A model generated the notes under the pieces. The model saw only the letters and a program-made list of their open reading frames with translations, was not told the DNA's origin and made no database searches. Shown piece after piece: positions 53,440 to 63,217 of a stretch of 64,000 nt of DNA (position 1 is the first letter of the stretch; each line of letters begins with the position of its first letter). The stretch is from Chloroflexota bacterium. GTDB taxonomy: Bacteria; Chloroflexota; UBA11872; VXOZ01. The position numbers and the translations under genes were made by a program. The DNA lies in NCBI GenBank assembly GCA_963662335.2, contig CAXXVD010000003.1, forward strand, positions 288,001 through 352,000, written 5' to 3'.

Positions 53440-54420
53440 TTAGAACGGTGCGGGCACGTCCAGGCGCTGCCCCAATTCCCGCAGCGCCTCAGCGTGTTCG
53501 GGGCCGACCGGCACGCCCTCGGTGCGCCATTGGCGCTCGCGCTTGGCCTCCATGCCGCCGCCGACTTCCACGTCGGACTGGTTCGTAATCGGCGCGAGTT
53601 GGCGCACCTGGCGGATGTAGTCGTCCACCTCGCGCTTGAACTCGTCCAGCGGCAGGTAGCGGCTGACGTCGTGGGCGGTCATGAACGCGCCCTGGTTCGC
53701 GCCGGGCCATTCCCGTTGGGCGCGTTCCGGCGCTGAGGGCACGCCGCAGAGGAACCCGCCGAGAATCTGGCAGAACGAGCCCAGGCCGATGCTGCGGTAG
53801 GCGGCGCTGGGCCCCAGCATCTCCAGCGCCTTGACGTGGGGTTCGCCGTCGTAGAGGTCGTGAATCGCGCCAAAGTCGACCACAATCGGCGGTTCTTCCC
53901 CGGCGGGCGCGGCAAAGCTCATGGGCGAGCCGCCGGCCGCGTGGCGGTGAGGCGCGCCGGGCCGCAAGTGCAGTTGCGCGCCGGAGGTCACGTAGGCCAC
54001 CAGATCGGCGCTGACGATCACCCGCGACCACAAGCCCGCCGCGCCAAAGTGCCCGTGATTGCGCGTAATCACGTTGGCCACGCCGTGCTCCTTGGCCTTC
54101 GCCACCGCCAGGTTGGCCGCCGCGAACGAGGGAAAGTAGCCCAGGCCGCCGTCGCCGTCCACCGTAGCCGTCACCGCACCCTCGCTTACCAACCGTACGT
54201 CGGGCGCGACGTTGAGTTCTTTCTGCTGGAAGTGGCGCACGTACGCCACCGTCTGGCGGGTGCCGTGGCTGAAGACGCCGCGCAGGTCGTTGGCCGTGAG
54301 CCAGCCGGCCATCTGCGCCGCGTGCTCGACGGACATGCCGACCGCCAGGAAGCAGTCTTTCACAAACGCTTCCAGCAAGGGTGATTGGACGCGAACGAAG
54401 GTCTCAGGCGGGGTGTTCAT
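53440..54420 (-). CDS. Ldh_2 family (malate/L-lactate/ureidoglycolate dehydrogenase-like) oxidoreductase
   Basis: DLRGVFSHG, VDGDGGLG, NHGHFGAAG. Confidence 0.85.
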   Translation of the reverse strand: MNTPPETFVRVQSPLLEAFVKDCFLAVGMSVEHAAQMAGWLTANDLRGVFSHGTRQTVAYVRHFQQKELNVAPDVRLVSEGAVTATVDGDGGLGYFPSFAAANLAVAKAKEHGVANVITRNHGHFGAAGLWSRVIVSADLVAYVTSGAQLHLRPGAPHRHAAGGSPMSFAAPAGEEPPIVVDFGAIHDLYDGEPHVKALEMLGPSAAYRSIGLGSFCQILGGFLCGVPSAPERAQREWPGANQGAFMTAHDVSRYLPLDEFKREVDDYIRQVRQLAPITNQSDVEVGGGMEAKRERQWRTEGVPVGPEHAEALRELGQRLDVPAPF

Positions 54421-54484
54421 GTTTCGCTCCTGTACGCAGCGCTTAGATACGGTTGACGTTCTCTTGCCAACGCAATTTCCTTGC

Positions 54485-54765
54485 CAACACGCCGTAGCGC
54501 GGGGGCTTGTCCCCCGCATCTGCCACGATTGGCCGACACACCGTAGCGCGGGGCTTGTCCCCCGCATCTACCACGATTGGCCAACGCACCGTAGCGCGGG
54601 GGCTTGTCCCCCGCATCTGCCACGACTGACCAACACACCGTAGCGCGGGGGCTCGTCCCCCGCATCTGCCACGACTGACCAACACACCGTAGCGCGGGGG
54701 CTCGTCCCCCGCATCTGCCACGATTGGCCAGCACGCCGTAGCGCGGGGGCTTGTCCCCCGCATCT
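54485..54765. repeat. Tandem array of six 48-49-bp units, each a full GTAG-REP plus a near-constant ~20-bp linker
   Basis: CCGTAG starts at 54492, 54541, 54589, 54638, 54687, 54736. Confidence 0.93.
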
Positions 54766-55050
54766 TGCGCGATAGGCACAACACCGTCTTGGCAAGGTGC
54801 TCTTTGCTCAGCCCACAGCTACAAAGTTCTGGCGCGCAGCGTGACGCGAGGCAACGCGCTGCCGCAGGCCATGCCGTCAGCCTGTCGTGCCAAGCCGGTT
54901 TCTGCTATTCTACTCCTTCCGCTGATGACCGAACACGCGCCGGCGCATGGCTCCGGCCTGGAGCCGGGCTGCACGCGCCTTGTGTATAATCACACCGGTA
55001 GTTGCCCCGCTTCCGCCCACATGCCGCGCAACTGAGAAGGAGCTACGCGC

Positions 55051-55836
55051 ATGACTCACATCATGGTACCGGACGGCGTCTTTCCGATTTGGATTTGGGC
55101 ATTGGGCTGGGCAGGCACGGCGGCTTTGGTGGGGGTGATCGTCCTACGCGCGCGGCGTGACGACCTGGCGCAGAAGATTCCCCTGATCGGGGTGATGGCG
55201 GCGGCGATGACGGTCGCCATGTCGTTCGCGCTGGTTCCCATCGCCTATGAACTGCACCTTACGGTCTTGGCGGGTATCTTGCTCGGCCCGCTCTACGGTT
55301 TCATCGCGGGACTCATCTTCATGGTCCTGCGCTGGCTCATGGGTGATGGGGCCGTTACCCTCATCGGCATCAACGCGCTGCTCATGGGCGTGGAGATCGC
55401 CCTGGGCTACTATCTCTTTCGCGGTCTGCTGCGGGCGCTGGCCGCGCGGGCGTCGCTGGCGGGGGGCGTGAGCGCGTTCATCGCCCTGGCGCTGACAACG
55501 GTATTGTTCCTCGGCGTGGTGGCGGCGGCCAACGTAAACCCCTTCCAAGGCGAGATGGGGGAACTGGGCGCGTACGACGTGGAAACGGGCACGCTCCAGG
55601 ATCCTCTTGCGGAGGGACTGGTGGCCTTGCACGTGTTCGAGGGTGAGCATGAGGAGCATGAGGAAGCGCCAACGATCATGGGAGAGTCCCCGTTCTTGGT
55701 CTATGCGCGCGCTGTCTTGCTCCTCGGCCTGATAGGATGGGTGCTGGAAAGCATCGTGGTGGGGCTGATCGTCGGTTTCCTGGCGCGCGTGCGGCGCGAC
55801 CTGGTGCTGCCGGCGCGCGGCCCCGAAACCGCATAG
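55051..55836 (+). CDS. ECF transporter S component, CbiM/NikM-like
   Basis: N-terminal THIMVPDG, ELHL, LLGP, GDG...IGIN; His/Glu-rich loop. Confidence 0.8.
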   Translation: MTHIMVPDGVFPIWIWALGWAGTAALVGVIVLRARRDDLAQKIPLIGVMAAAMTVAMSFALVPIAYELHLTVLAGILLGPLYGFIAGLIFMVLRWLMGDGAVTLIGINALLMGVEIALGYYLFRGLLRALAARASLAGGVSAFIALALTTVLFLGVVAAANVNPFQGEMGELGAYDVETGTLQDPLAEGLVALHVFEGEHEEHEEAPTIMGESPFLVYARAVLLLGLIGWVLESIVVGLIVGFLARVRRDLVLPARGPETA

Positions 55837-56098
55837 GTGACGTTCGCTCACCCGGTAGGGGCACGACGTGTCGTGCCCCTACGCCGGCGGCGTTGAGAGG
55901 GCGCTACGCTAATGGACAGTGCGTAGGTTTGCAAACCTGCGCCGCTATACGTTCAAGACGTAAATCTCGGCTCATTTCAGGCGAGAGCGCCGGAGCAAAC
56001 GCCTCCCAGGCGGGGGCTTGTCCCCCGCTTCTTGGCGCCGTTCCGGCCGCGGGCCGCGCGCCTGCGCGGAGTGACCGTATCCAGAGGTCCCGACGATT

Positions 56099-56983
56099 AT
56101 GGACATAGGCGCCGTTGACCTTTGGGCAACCCACTACCGCAGTTGGCTCCACCGCGCCACACTGGCGGCCAAAGTGGCGCTGGTCGCGGCGGTGCTGCTC
56201 ACCGTCATGCTGGCGGACCACGCCCTGCTCGTGCTCGCGGCCTACGCGCTCGTGCTGGCATTGCTGCTCACCACGCCGCTGCCGGCGTACACGCTGAGCG
56301 CAACCTCGCTCTACACCGTGCTCTTCGTGGCCGTCTTTGCCATTTCGCGCTGGGACGGCACGTGGCTCACGCCGCTCACCATCATCGCCAAAGCGCCGAC
56401 CATGGCGCTGGCCGTCCTGCTGCTGGTAACCACCACGCCCTATCCGCGCATCTTCGGGCTGCTCGGGCGCTGCTTGCCCGGTCTGGTGGCTGAAAGCTTG
56501 CTGCTGGCGTACCGGGCGGTCTTCGTCTTGTTGGAACTTACGCGGCGTCTGGCGCTGGCGCTGCGTTTGCGCGGCGGTCTGGGCGGCTCCCCCTGGCAGC
56601 GCGCGCGGAACCTGAGCCTGGGGCTGGGTCTGGTCTTCGTGCACAGCATGGACTACGCGCAGCGCCTCTACACGGTCATGCGGCTGCGGGGCTATGACGG
56701 CCGCCTGGCCGCCGCGCCCCATCAGGAGACTTCACGTCGCCATTCCGAACGAGGCCCCACCGCTTTCCGTCATTCCGGCGAAAGCCGGAATCCATCTTTT
56801 CCCATCAACCGGAACGACGCGCCGCTCCTCGCCGTCGCGATTCTCGTCGTCGCCAGCGCGCTCGCCGTCCGCGCCAGCGGGGCCGCCTGGCCCATGTACG
56901 GGTTAGGGTTGCTCAGCGTGCTCGCCCTGGCGGGCGCACAATGCTATCGCATGTTCCGCCCCACAATTGCCTCCGGTGGGTGA
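56099..56983 (+). CDS. ECF transporter T component, CbiQ-like
   Basis: SWLHRATLAAK, TTPYP, AYRAVFVL, MRLRGYDG. Confidence 0.8.
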   Translation: MDIGAVDLWATHYRSWLHRATLAAKVALVAAVLLTVMLADHALLVLAAYALVLALLLTTPLPAYTLSATSLYTVLFVAVFAISRWDGTWLTPLTIIAKAPTMALAVLLLVTTTPYPRIFGLLGRCLPGLVAESLLLAYRAVFVLLELTRRLALALRLRGGLGGSPWQRARNLSLGLGLVFVHSMDYAQRLYTVMRLRGYDGRLAAAPHQETSRRHSERGPTAFRHSGESRNPSFPINRNDAPLLAVAILVVASALAVRASGAAWPMYGLGLLSVLALAGAQCYRMFRPTIASGG

Positions 56984-57159
56984 CCCGTCCCCGTGGTTGG
57001 CCGCGTCCCCAGGCTGCCGGGAGAGCGCCAAGCGCCGCGGGCTAGGGCAAACCGCCAAGTAGACAAAGGGCCGCTTATTTGGTCAAATAGGAGCAGCCCG
57101 GAAACGGGCAGCGTGAGAAATCTGCCGCCACGCCCAAGTCGAGAGTCCGCACCCCCAAC

Positions 57160-58050
57160 ATGCGACTGCACCAACACATAGCCATCGTCACCGGCGCCGC
57201 GCATAATATCGGCCGCGCCATCGCCCGGCGCTTCGCCGCTGAGGGCGCGCAAGTCCTGATTGCCGATATTCAGGACGAGGCGGGTAAGGCGGTGGCGGCG
57301 TCGATTCGCGCCGACGGCGGCGAGGCGTCGTTCTTCCATGCCGACGTGGGCACGCTGGACGGTAACCGCACCATGGTGGACGCGGCGGCGGAACGTTACG
57401 GCGGCGTCACCATCCTGGTCAACAACGCCCATTGGGAGCGGCGGGGTTCGATCGAGGAACTGAGCGAGGAGGATTGGGACGCCAGCTTCGACGTGCTGCT
57501 CAAAGCGCCGTTTCTGGCAAGCAAGTATGCCGTGCCCCACATGCGCGCGGCCGGCGGCGGCGCGATTCTCAATCTCAGTTCGGTGCACGGCTTCCAGGTA
57601 AGCCCCGGCTACCCCACCTACGAGACCGCCAAGGCCGCCCTCATCCAGCTTACCAAGCAGATGGCGCTGGACCTCGGCAGCGACGGCATCCGCGTCAACG
57701 CGATCGCGCCGGGCGCCATTCCGTCGGACGAGATGCGCGAAGAGAACGCGGACGACCCCACCTGGCGCGAGCGCAATGTCCTCTGGAACATCCTGCCCAC
57801 CGTTGGGCGCGCTGAGGATATTGCCCAAGGCGCGCTCTATCTCTGCTCGGCAGACGCGCGTTTCGTTACGGGGCACACCCTGCTGATCGACGGCGGCTTC
57901 CTGCTCGGCTTCAAGGGCCTGGGCGGCACGCGCGCGCAGGAGTTCCTGCAACGCCACCCGGACTACATGGACTACGATCTCGCGCGGCCGCTGGGACCCG
58001 GGGCGGTGGACAAGACGCCTGGAGCACAAAGCGACGATGACACGGAGTAG
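57160..58050 (+). CDS. SDR family oxidoreductase
   Basis: VTGAAHNIG, LVNNA, YETAK, IRVNAIAPG. Confidence 0.92.
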   Translation: MRLHQHIAIVTGAAHNIGRAIARRFAAEGAQVLIADIQDEAGKAVAASIRADGGEASFFHADVGTLDGNRTMVDAAAERYGGVTILVNNAHWERRGSIEELSEEDWDASFDVLLKAPFLASKYAVPHMRAAGGGAILNLSSVHGFQVSPGYPTYETAKAALIQLTKQMALDLGSDGIRVNAIAPGAIPSDEMREENADDPTWRERNVLWNILPTVGRAEDIAQGALYLCSADARFVTGHTLLIDGGFLLGFKGLGGTRAQEFLQRHPDYMDYDLARPLGPGAVDKTPGAQSDDDTE

Positions 58051-58122
58051 TCCGCCGTACGGTCGCGCTCATACCCGCGTACCGCCGCGCGCGCGCGCCG
58101 CCAAGAGAAAGGACGCTTGCGC

Positions 58123-58947
58123 ATGAATGCCGACGCCAGTCCCGTGTTGATTGCCGACGGGTTCGGCTTTCCCGAAGGCCCGTCGTTCGACCGCGCGGGC
58201 AGTTTATACGTCATGGAGTGCGACGCCGGCCGCATCAGCAAGGTGACGCAGGACGGGCGCGTGGAGGTCTTTGCGGAGACTGGCGGCGTGCCCTGCGGTT
58301 CACGCCTGCGCCACGACGGCAACCTGATCGTGGCGGAAAACGGCCTGGCGCAGATTCTCGACTTTGCGCCGGACGGGACGTGGTCGGTGGTGGCGGAGAC
58401 CTTTAATGACAAGCCGTTTCGCGGGCCGAACGACCTGATTCTCGATAGCCGCGGCAATTGCTACTTCACCGATCCCAAAGGCTCGACGCTGGAGAAACCG
58501 GTAGGGCGCGTCTTCCGCGTGGCGGCGGACGGCGCGGTGTCGATCTTTGCCGTGGGCCTGGCGTTTCCCAACGGCATCTGCCTCTCCGCCGATGGGGAGA
58601 CGCTCTACGTGGCGGAGACCTTCACCCGCCGCATCCACGCCTTCACGTTGAATCCCGACGGCAGCGCCAAGAACCGCAGCCAATTCGCCCAGATGGAAGG
58701 CGGCGTGGGGCCGGACGGCATGGACTTCGGCGCGGACGGCAATCTCTACGTGGCCCACTACGGCAAGGGCGCGGTGGCGGTGATCGCGCCTACCGGCGAG
58801 GTGCGCGCCGAACTGCCCGTGCCGGGCAAGAATCCGACGAACGTTGCCTTCTGGGAAGACGCGCTCTACGTGACGGAAACCGAGACCGGCGCGGTCTACC
58901 GGCTGGACGTCGGCGTGGCGGGGCAGCCGCTCTATGGCTCGCGCTAG
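58123..58947 (+). CDS. SMP-30/gluconolactonase family protein
   Basis: FPEGP, PNDL, YFTDP, PNGI, PDGM, PTNVAF. Confidence 0.92.
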   Translation: MNADASPVLIADGFGFPEGPSFDRAGSLYVMECDAGRISKVTQDGRVEVFAETGGVPCGSRLRHDGNLIVAENGLAQILDFAPDGTWSVVAETFNDKPFRGPNDLILDSRGNCYFTDPKGSTLEKPVGRVFRVAADGAVSIFAVGLAFPNGICLSADGETLYVAETFTRRIHAFTLNPDGSAKNRSQFAQMEGGVGPDGMDFGADGNLYVAHYGKGAVAVIAPTGEVRAELPVPGKNPTNVAFWEDALYVTETETGAVYRLDVGVAGQPLYGSR

Positions 58948-58955
58948 GCAAGCCC

Positions 58956-60170
58956 ATGTCCCGCACGCACCTCGACGCCGCCTTCATCGGCGGGCCGCAG
59001 TACGACGCGCTCTATGAACGCCTGCCGCAATTCGAGCAAGAGTCCGGCTACACGGTCAACGTCCACGCGCAACTGCCGCATCCGGCGCTGAACGCGCACC
59101 TGGACGAGGTCTATAGCGGCGGCGCAGGCCGCTACGACGTGATCTCAACTCACGTCAAGTACGCCCCGGCGCAACAGGCGTGGCTGCTGCCGCTGGACGG
59201 TCACGTTGCCGCTGCCGACCTAGCGGACTTCTCGCCGGCCCTGCTCAAGCTGGCGCGGGTCAATGGCGCGCTTTTGCAGATTCCGCGCAACGTGGACGCC
59301 CGCCTGCTCTTCTACCGCCGCGACCTGCTGGAAGACCCGGCGGAGCGGGCGCGTTTCCAACGCCAGTACGGCCGTGAACTGCGCGTGCCGCGGACCTGGG
59401 ACGAGGTGCGGGACGCGGCGACGTTCTTCACCCGCCCGCCGGACCTGTTTGGCTTTGCCTTTCCCGGCCGTTCGTCGGGCTTGTTCGGGACGTTCTTCGA
59501 GTTGGCGGCCATGGCCGGCGGGACGCTGTTCGACGAGCGGCTCGAACCGTCGTTCAACACCCGCGCCGGCCGCTGGGCGCTCGGCTTCCTGGCCGACCTC
59601 TACCAGCAGGGACTGACGCCCCGCGACCTGGACGCGACCTATTTCGATGAAGTTTCCCAACTCTTTCGCGACGGCAAATGCGCGCTGGCCGCCGACTGGC
59701 CGGCCTACTACAGCCTCTTGACCGATCCCGGCGCCAGCGCGGTGGCGGACAAATTCGGCGCGGCGCTCTATCCGCTGGGGCCGGCGGGCACACGCGCCGT
59801 CTACGCCGGCGGCCACACGTTCGCGATCCCCGCCACTGTAAAAGACATGGACGGCGCGCTGGCGCTCGTGCGCTTTCTCACCGCCCCGGAGAGCCAATAT
59901 CTGGAGGCGCGGCAGGGCGCAATCGTGCCGCGCCACGCGGTCATGGCGCGCGTACGCGCTGAGACCGCCCCCGGCACGGTGCACGCGCAGCGACTGGCGC
60001 TCCTGGAAGAGACGATCCAGAAACACATGCTGACGTTCCCGCAGTTCGCCGCCTACCCGGGGGTGGAGGAGATTTGCGCGGAGACGCTGCAAGCGGCCAT
60101 TCGCGGCCAGGTGATGCTGCCCCGCGCGCTCGCGTACATGGAAGAGCAGGCGCGCGCGCTGCTGGCGTGA
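58956..60170 (+). CDS. Sugar ABC-type solute-binding protein, no evident signal peptide
   Basis: YDVIS, LFYRRDL, PRTWDE, GGHTFAIP. Confidence 0.8.
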   Translation: MSRTHLDAAFIGGPQYDALYERLPQFEQESGYTVNVHAQLPHPALNAHLDEVYSGGAGRYDVISTHVKYAPAQQAWLLPLDGHVAAADLADFSPALLKLARVNGALLQIPRNVDARLLFYRRDLLEDPAERARFQRQYGRELRVPRTWDEVRDAATFFTRPPDLFGFAFPGRSSGLFGTFFELAAMAGGTLFDERLEPSFNTRAGRWALGFLADLYQQGLTPRDLDATYFDEVSQLFRDGKCALAADWPAYYSLLTDPGASAVADKFGAALYPLGPAGTRAVYAGGHTFAIPATVKDMDGALALVRFLTAPESQYLEARQGAIVPRHAVMARVRAETAPGTVHAQRLALLEETIQKHMLTFPQFAAYPGVEEICAETLQAAIRGQVMLPRALAYMEEQARALLA

Positions 60171-60240
60171 TGTCGAGGCGGGCGTGGTATCATAGCAGCG
60201 CGATGTATGCTCCGCGTCACGCCGCTTCGCCACAGCACGC

Positions 60241-60418
60241 CGCTCCGAGCGAAACTGAATGTGATTCCGAGCCGAACCGCGTGTCATTCCGAGCACGGCT
60301 GCACGTCATTCCGAGCGCGACTGCATGTCATTCCGAGCGCAGCGAGGAATCTAGTGTCGTTACGGCAGGCGGTCCAAAGTCACTACACCCTAGATTCCTC
60401 GCTGCGCTCGGAATGACA
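60241..60418. repeat. TGTCA-type REP pair preceded by 22-bp-period stutters of its left end
   Basis: TCCGAGC at 60244, 60266, 60288, 60310, 60332. Confidence 0.8.
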
Positions 60419-60517
60419 GGGTGAGAGACGGTTAGTCCTAATCGATCCAAGAAACAAAAACGGTGAGTAGACTTAGCGGGTAATCTTGGTAGGTAGTCTT
60501 TGAAGAAAGGTATTGCC

Positions 60518-61366
60518 ATGGCAGACATCAAGGTTGGCGTGCGGCTCATTTGCCTGCACACGCCGGGACCGGCGGGGTTGGAGACGGCGGCGGAGATCGG
60601 CGCGGACAGCGTGCAGTTGACGGTAGGGCACGGCGAGTACGCTCCGGAGGAACTTGACGCGGCCGGCATCGAGGACGTGCGGCGGCGCGTGCAAGACCTC
60701 GGCATGGTGATTTCGGCTACGGATGGCGGCCTGGGCGACTTTGGCGACGCGGATTCGATGGCCGAGCTCGTGGAGAAGACCAAGCGCCTGCTCGACCACA
60801 CCCGCGCTCTGGGCGCGCCGGCCCTCACCAGCCACATCGGCATCGTGCCCAAAGACCCCAACGCGCCCCGGCGGCAGGTCTTCCGCCAGGCAATGGAGGA
60901 AATCGGCAAGCACGCCGAGCAGACCGGCATCTACTTCGGCATCGAGACCGGACCGGAACCGCCGGCCGTGCTGCTGGATCTCATCAATTCGCTTGACACC
61001 GGCGGCATCAAGATCAACCTCGATCCGGCGAACTTCATCATCTGGCCGGCGCGCATTGCCAACAACGAGGGACGTCCCTATGACCGCGCGGCGGCCTTTG
61101 CCGAATCCGATCCCCATGAGGCAGTCTACACGCTGCGCGACCACATCATCCATACCCACGTCAAGGATGCCCGCGTGGCAGAAGGCGAAAAAGGCGAGAC
61201 GCCGGTGGGCCAGGGCTGGATCGACTGGCCGCGCTACCTCAAGTCGTACCGGGACATCGGCTTCACGGGCTACCACTGCATCGAGCGCGAGGCCGGCGAG
61301 AAGCGCGTGGAAGAGACCCGCGAGGCCATCGCTTTCGTGCGCCGGACGTGGCAAGAGTTGGATTAA
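60518..61366 (+). CDS. Sugar phosphate isomerase/epimerase (xylose isomerase-like TIM barrel)
   Basis: GIETGPE, NLDPAN, HTHVKD, GQGWIDW, IERE. Confidence 0.88.
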   Translation: MADIKVGVRLICLHTPGPAGLETAAEIGADSVQLTVGHGEYAPEELDAAGIEDVRRRVQDLGMVISATDGGLGDFGDADSMAELVEKTKRLLDHTRALGAPALTSHIGIVPKDPNAPRRQVFRQAMEEIGKHAEQTGIYFGIETGPEPPAVLLDLINSLDTGGIKINLDPANFIIWPARIANNEGRPYDRAAAFAESDPHEAVYTLRDHIIHTHVKDARVAEGEKGETPVGQGWIDWPRYLKSYRDIGFTGYHCIEREAGEKRVEETREAIAFVRRTWQELD

Positions 61367-61527
61367 GTATCTCGAAATAAGCTAAGGTGCGCTTGCTGGC
61401 GCCCCATTGCGCCTCGGTACCGGCCGTAGCGCGGGGGCTTGTCCCCCGCTTCTCGGCGCAATATGTAAGCTACCTGAGGCAAAGAGCTTAGAGGCATCCC
61501 GCATTTGCATCAGCGCGCCAAAACGTG

Positions 61528-61649
61528 CTTCGACAAGCTCAGCACGAACGGGTTGGCCGCTGGGCTGTTCGCTACGAACGGGTTGGCCGCTGGGCTGTTC
61601 GCTACGAACGGGCGCCTTGGTCTCCGTTCGCCCTGAGCCTGTCGAAGGG
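61528..61649. repeat. Inverted CTTCGACAAGCTCAG-type REP pair enclosing a 30-bp tandem repeat
   Basis: ACGAACGGG at 61544, 61574, 61604. Confidence 0.85.
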
Positions 61650-61700
61650 CAGGCCTGCGCAGGCAAGGGCCCAGTGAACGCATTCTAGCAGTCGCGTTGC

Positions 61701-63194
61701 ATGAATATACTCACGACCGTACTGGCGCTGGGCGGCGCTTTGGGGCTGACGATGCTGCTGAGCGCATTGCTGCTGCGCCTCTTTCCCCGTTTTACGTCCC
61801 GCCACGTCAAGCCGGTGGTGCAGAGCAAAGACCACGAAGACCTGCCCAGCCTGCGCTTGCCCAACGTCGGCGGCGTCGCGCTCGTGATAACGCTCTGGTG
61901 CCTTGGCGGCGTCTGGCGGGTCGTCTGGCCGGAGACGAGCGCCGTTCTGCTGCCCTTGATTGCGCTGGCCACGCTCTTCGGCGCGCTGGGTTTCGTGGAC
62001 GACTGGCTCAAGTGGCGGCGGGGCAGCGGCATCGGCGAGGGGACCTACCTGCTCGGCCACGCCGTCATGGCTCTGGCGACCGTGGCGGCGCTCTCTTGGT
62101 GGCCGGGCGGGTTTGCGCAGGACGCGGCGCAGGGCGGCCGCGTCCTGCACGCCCTCAACGTGGCCGGCGGCCTGGGTCTCGGCCTGACTCTCTTCTGGCT
62201 CTTTGCCCTCACCTTTGGCTCGGCTTTCTCGGTGGCCGTGAGCGACGGCATCGACGGTCTGACCGCCGGCATGGCGACAATCGCCGGCGCCGGCATGTTG
62301 GTGTCGCTTATCATCCGCGAAGCGGACGGCGCGTCGCTTGCCTTTGGCGCGGCGCTCCTGGGCGTGAGCATTGGGCTGCTGCTCCTCAATCTGCCCTCGG
62401 ACTGGTCGTCCACCGGCAGCGTGCCGCGGCGGGCGCGCATCTACCTGGGCGATAGCGGCGCGGTGGCGCTGGGCGGCGCGTTCGCGGCGCTGGCACTCTA
62501 TAGCGGCGCGGACGCGGTCTGGCTCTTCGTCGGCGGCGTCTTCCTGCTGGACGGCGGTTCCGGCTTCGTGCAGGCCAAAGTGGTCACGCCCTTCTGCCGC
62601 CGCTTCCTGCGCCTGCGGCGCTATGCCGGCACGCCCCACTTCGTGCCCCATACCGAATTTCCGCTGCCGTTCACGGCCACGCCGCTGCACCACCACTTCG
62701 AGATGCTGGGCATCGGCCGCTTGCGCGTGGTCTGGCTCTTCTGGGCGGCCGGCGTCCTGGCGGCGGTCAGCGGCATCGCCGTGGCCGCCTTTCCCGCGTT
62801 CCACCTGGCCCCGGTGGGCGGCGCGCTGCTGCTCTACGCGGCGTTGATCGGCGGCGCGACGTGGACGGCGGGACGCTTTCTTGGCGTGGTGAAGTCGGAT
62901 AACGGAATTGAAGTCCTGGCCGTCTGCGGCGGCCGCCCCTACACGGTCTTTGGCCGGCCGCTCTACCGGGTCGTGGAACTGACAACCACGCCGCCGCCGT
63001 CTACGCGGGAGCGGCACGCGCTCGCCCTCTGGCAGCCCGGCAACCGCTGGGACGTGCAGGCGAACCTGGCCTACGCCCAAGCGCTGGCGGGAGACGACGA
63101 TGCGGCGCGAGAAACCTGGCGGCGCATCCCGGAGGCCAGCCGCAAATTGCGCGCCGGCCACCCGGTAGCGGCGGCTCTGCACGGATGCGCGTAA
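61701..63194 (+). CDS. Divergent MraY-like polyprenyl-phosphate sugar-1-phosphate transferase with a C-terminal extension
   Basis: PNVGG, GFVDDWLK, SDGIDGL, YLGDSG, PLHHHFE. Confidence 0.75.
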   Translation: MNILTTVLALGGALGLTMLLSALLLRLFPRFTSRHVKPVVQSKDHEDLPSLRLPNVGGVALVITLWCLGGVWRVVWPETSAVLLPLIALATLFGALGFVDDWLKWRRGSGIGEGTYLLGHAVMALATVAALSWWPGGFAQDAAQGGRVLHALNVAGGLGLGLTLFWLFALTFGSAFSVAVSDGIDGLTAGMATIAGAGMLVSLIIREADGASLAFGAALLGVSIGLLLLNLPSDWSSTGSVPRRARIYLGDSGAVALGGAFAALALYSGADAVWLFVGGVFLLDGGSGFVQAKVVTPFCRRFLRLRRYAGTPHFVPHTEFPLPFTATPLHHHFEMLGIGRLRVVWLFWAAGVLAAVSGIAVAAFPAFHLAPVGGALLLYAALIGGATWTAGRFLGVVKSDNGIEVLAVCGGRPYTVFGRPLYRVVELTTTPPPSTRERHALALWQPGNRWDVQANLAYAQALAGDDDAARETWRRIPEASRKLRAGHPVAAALHGCA

Positions 63195-63217
63195 CGCGGC
63201 GACCTTACCGCGACGTT

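Noticed and set aside
54485-54765. CRISPR array
   Set aside because: Spacers are ~20 bp and near-identical, the repeat is the genome-wide REP, and there are no cas genes in the window
54790-55050. Cobalamin riboswitch before the cbiM-like gene
   Set aside because: Only fragments (AGGTGC, GCAACTG); no GGGAA core or B12 box
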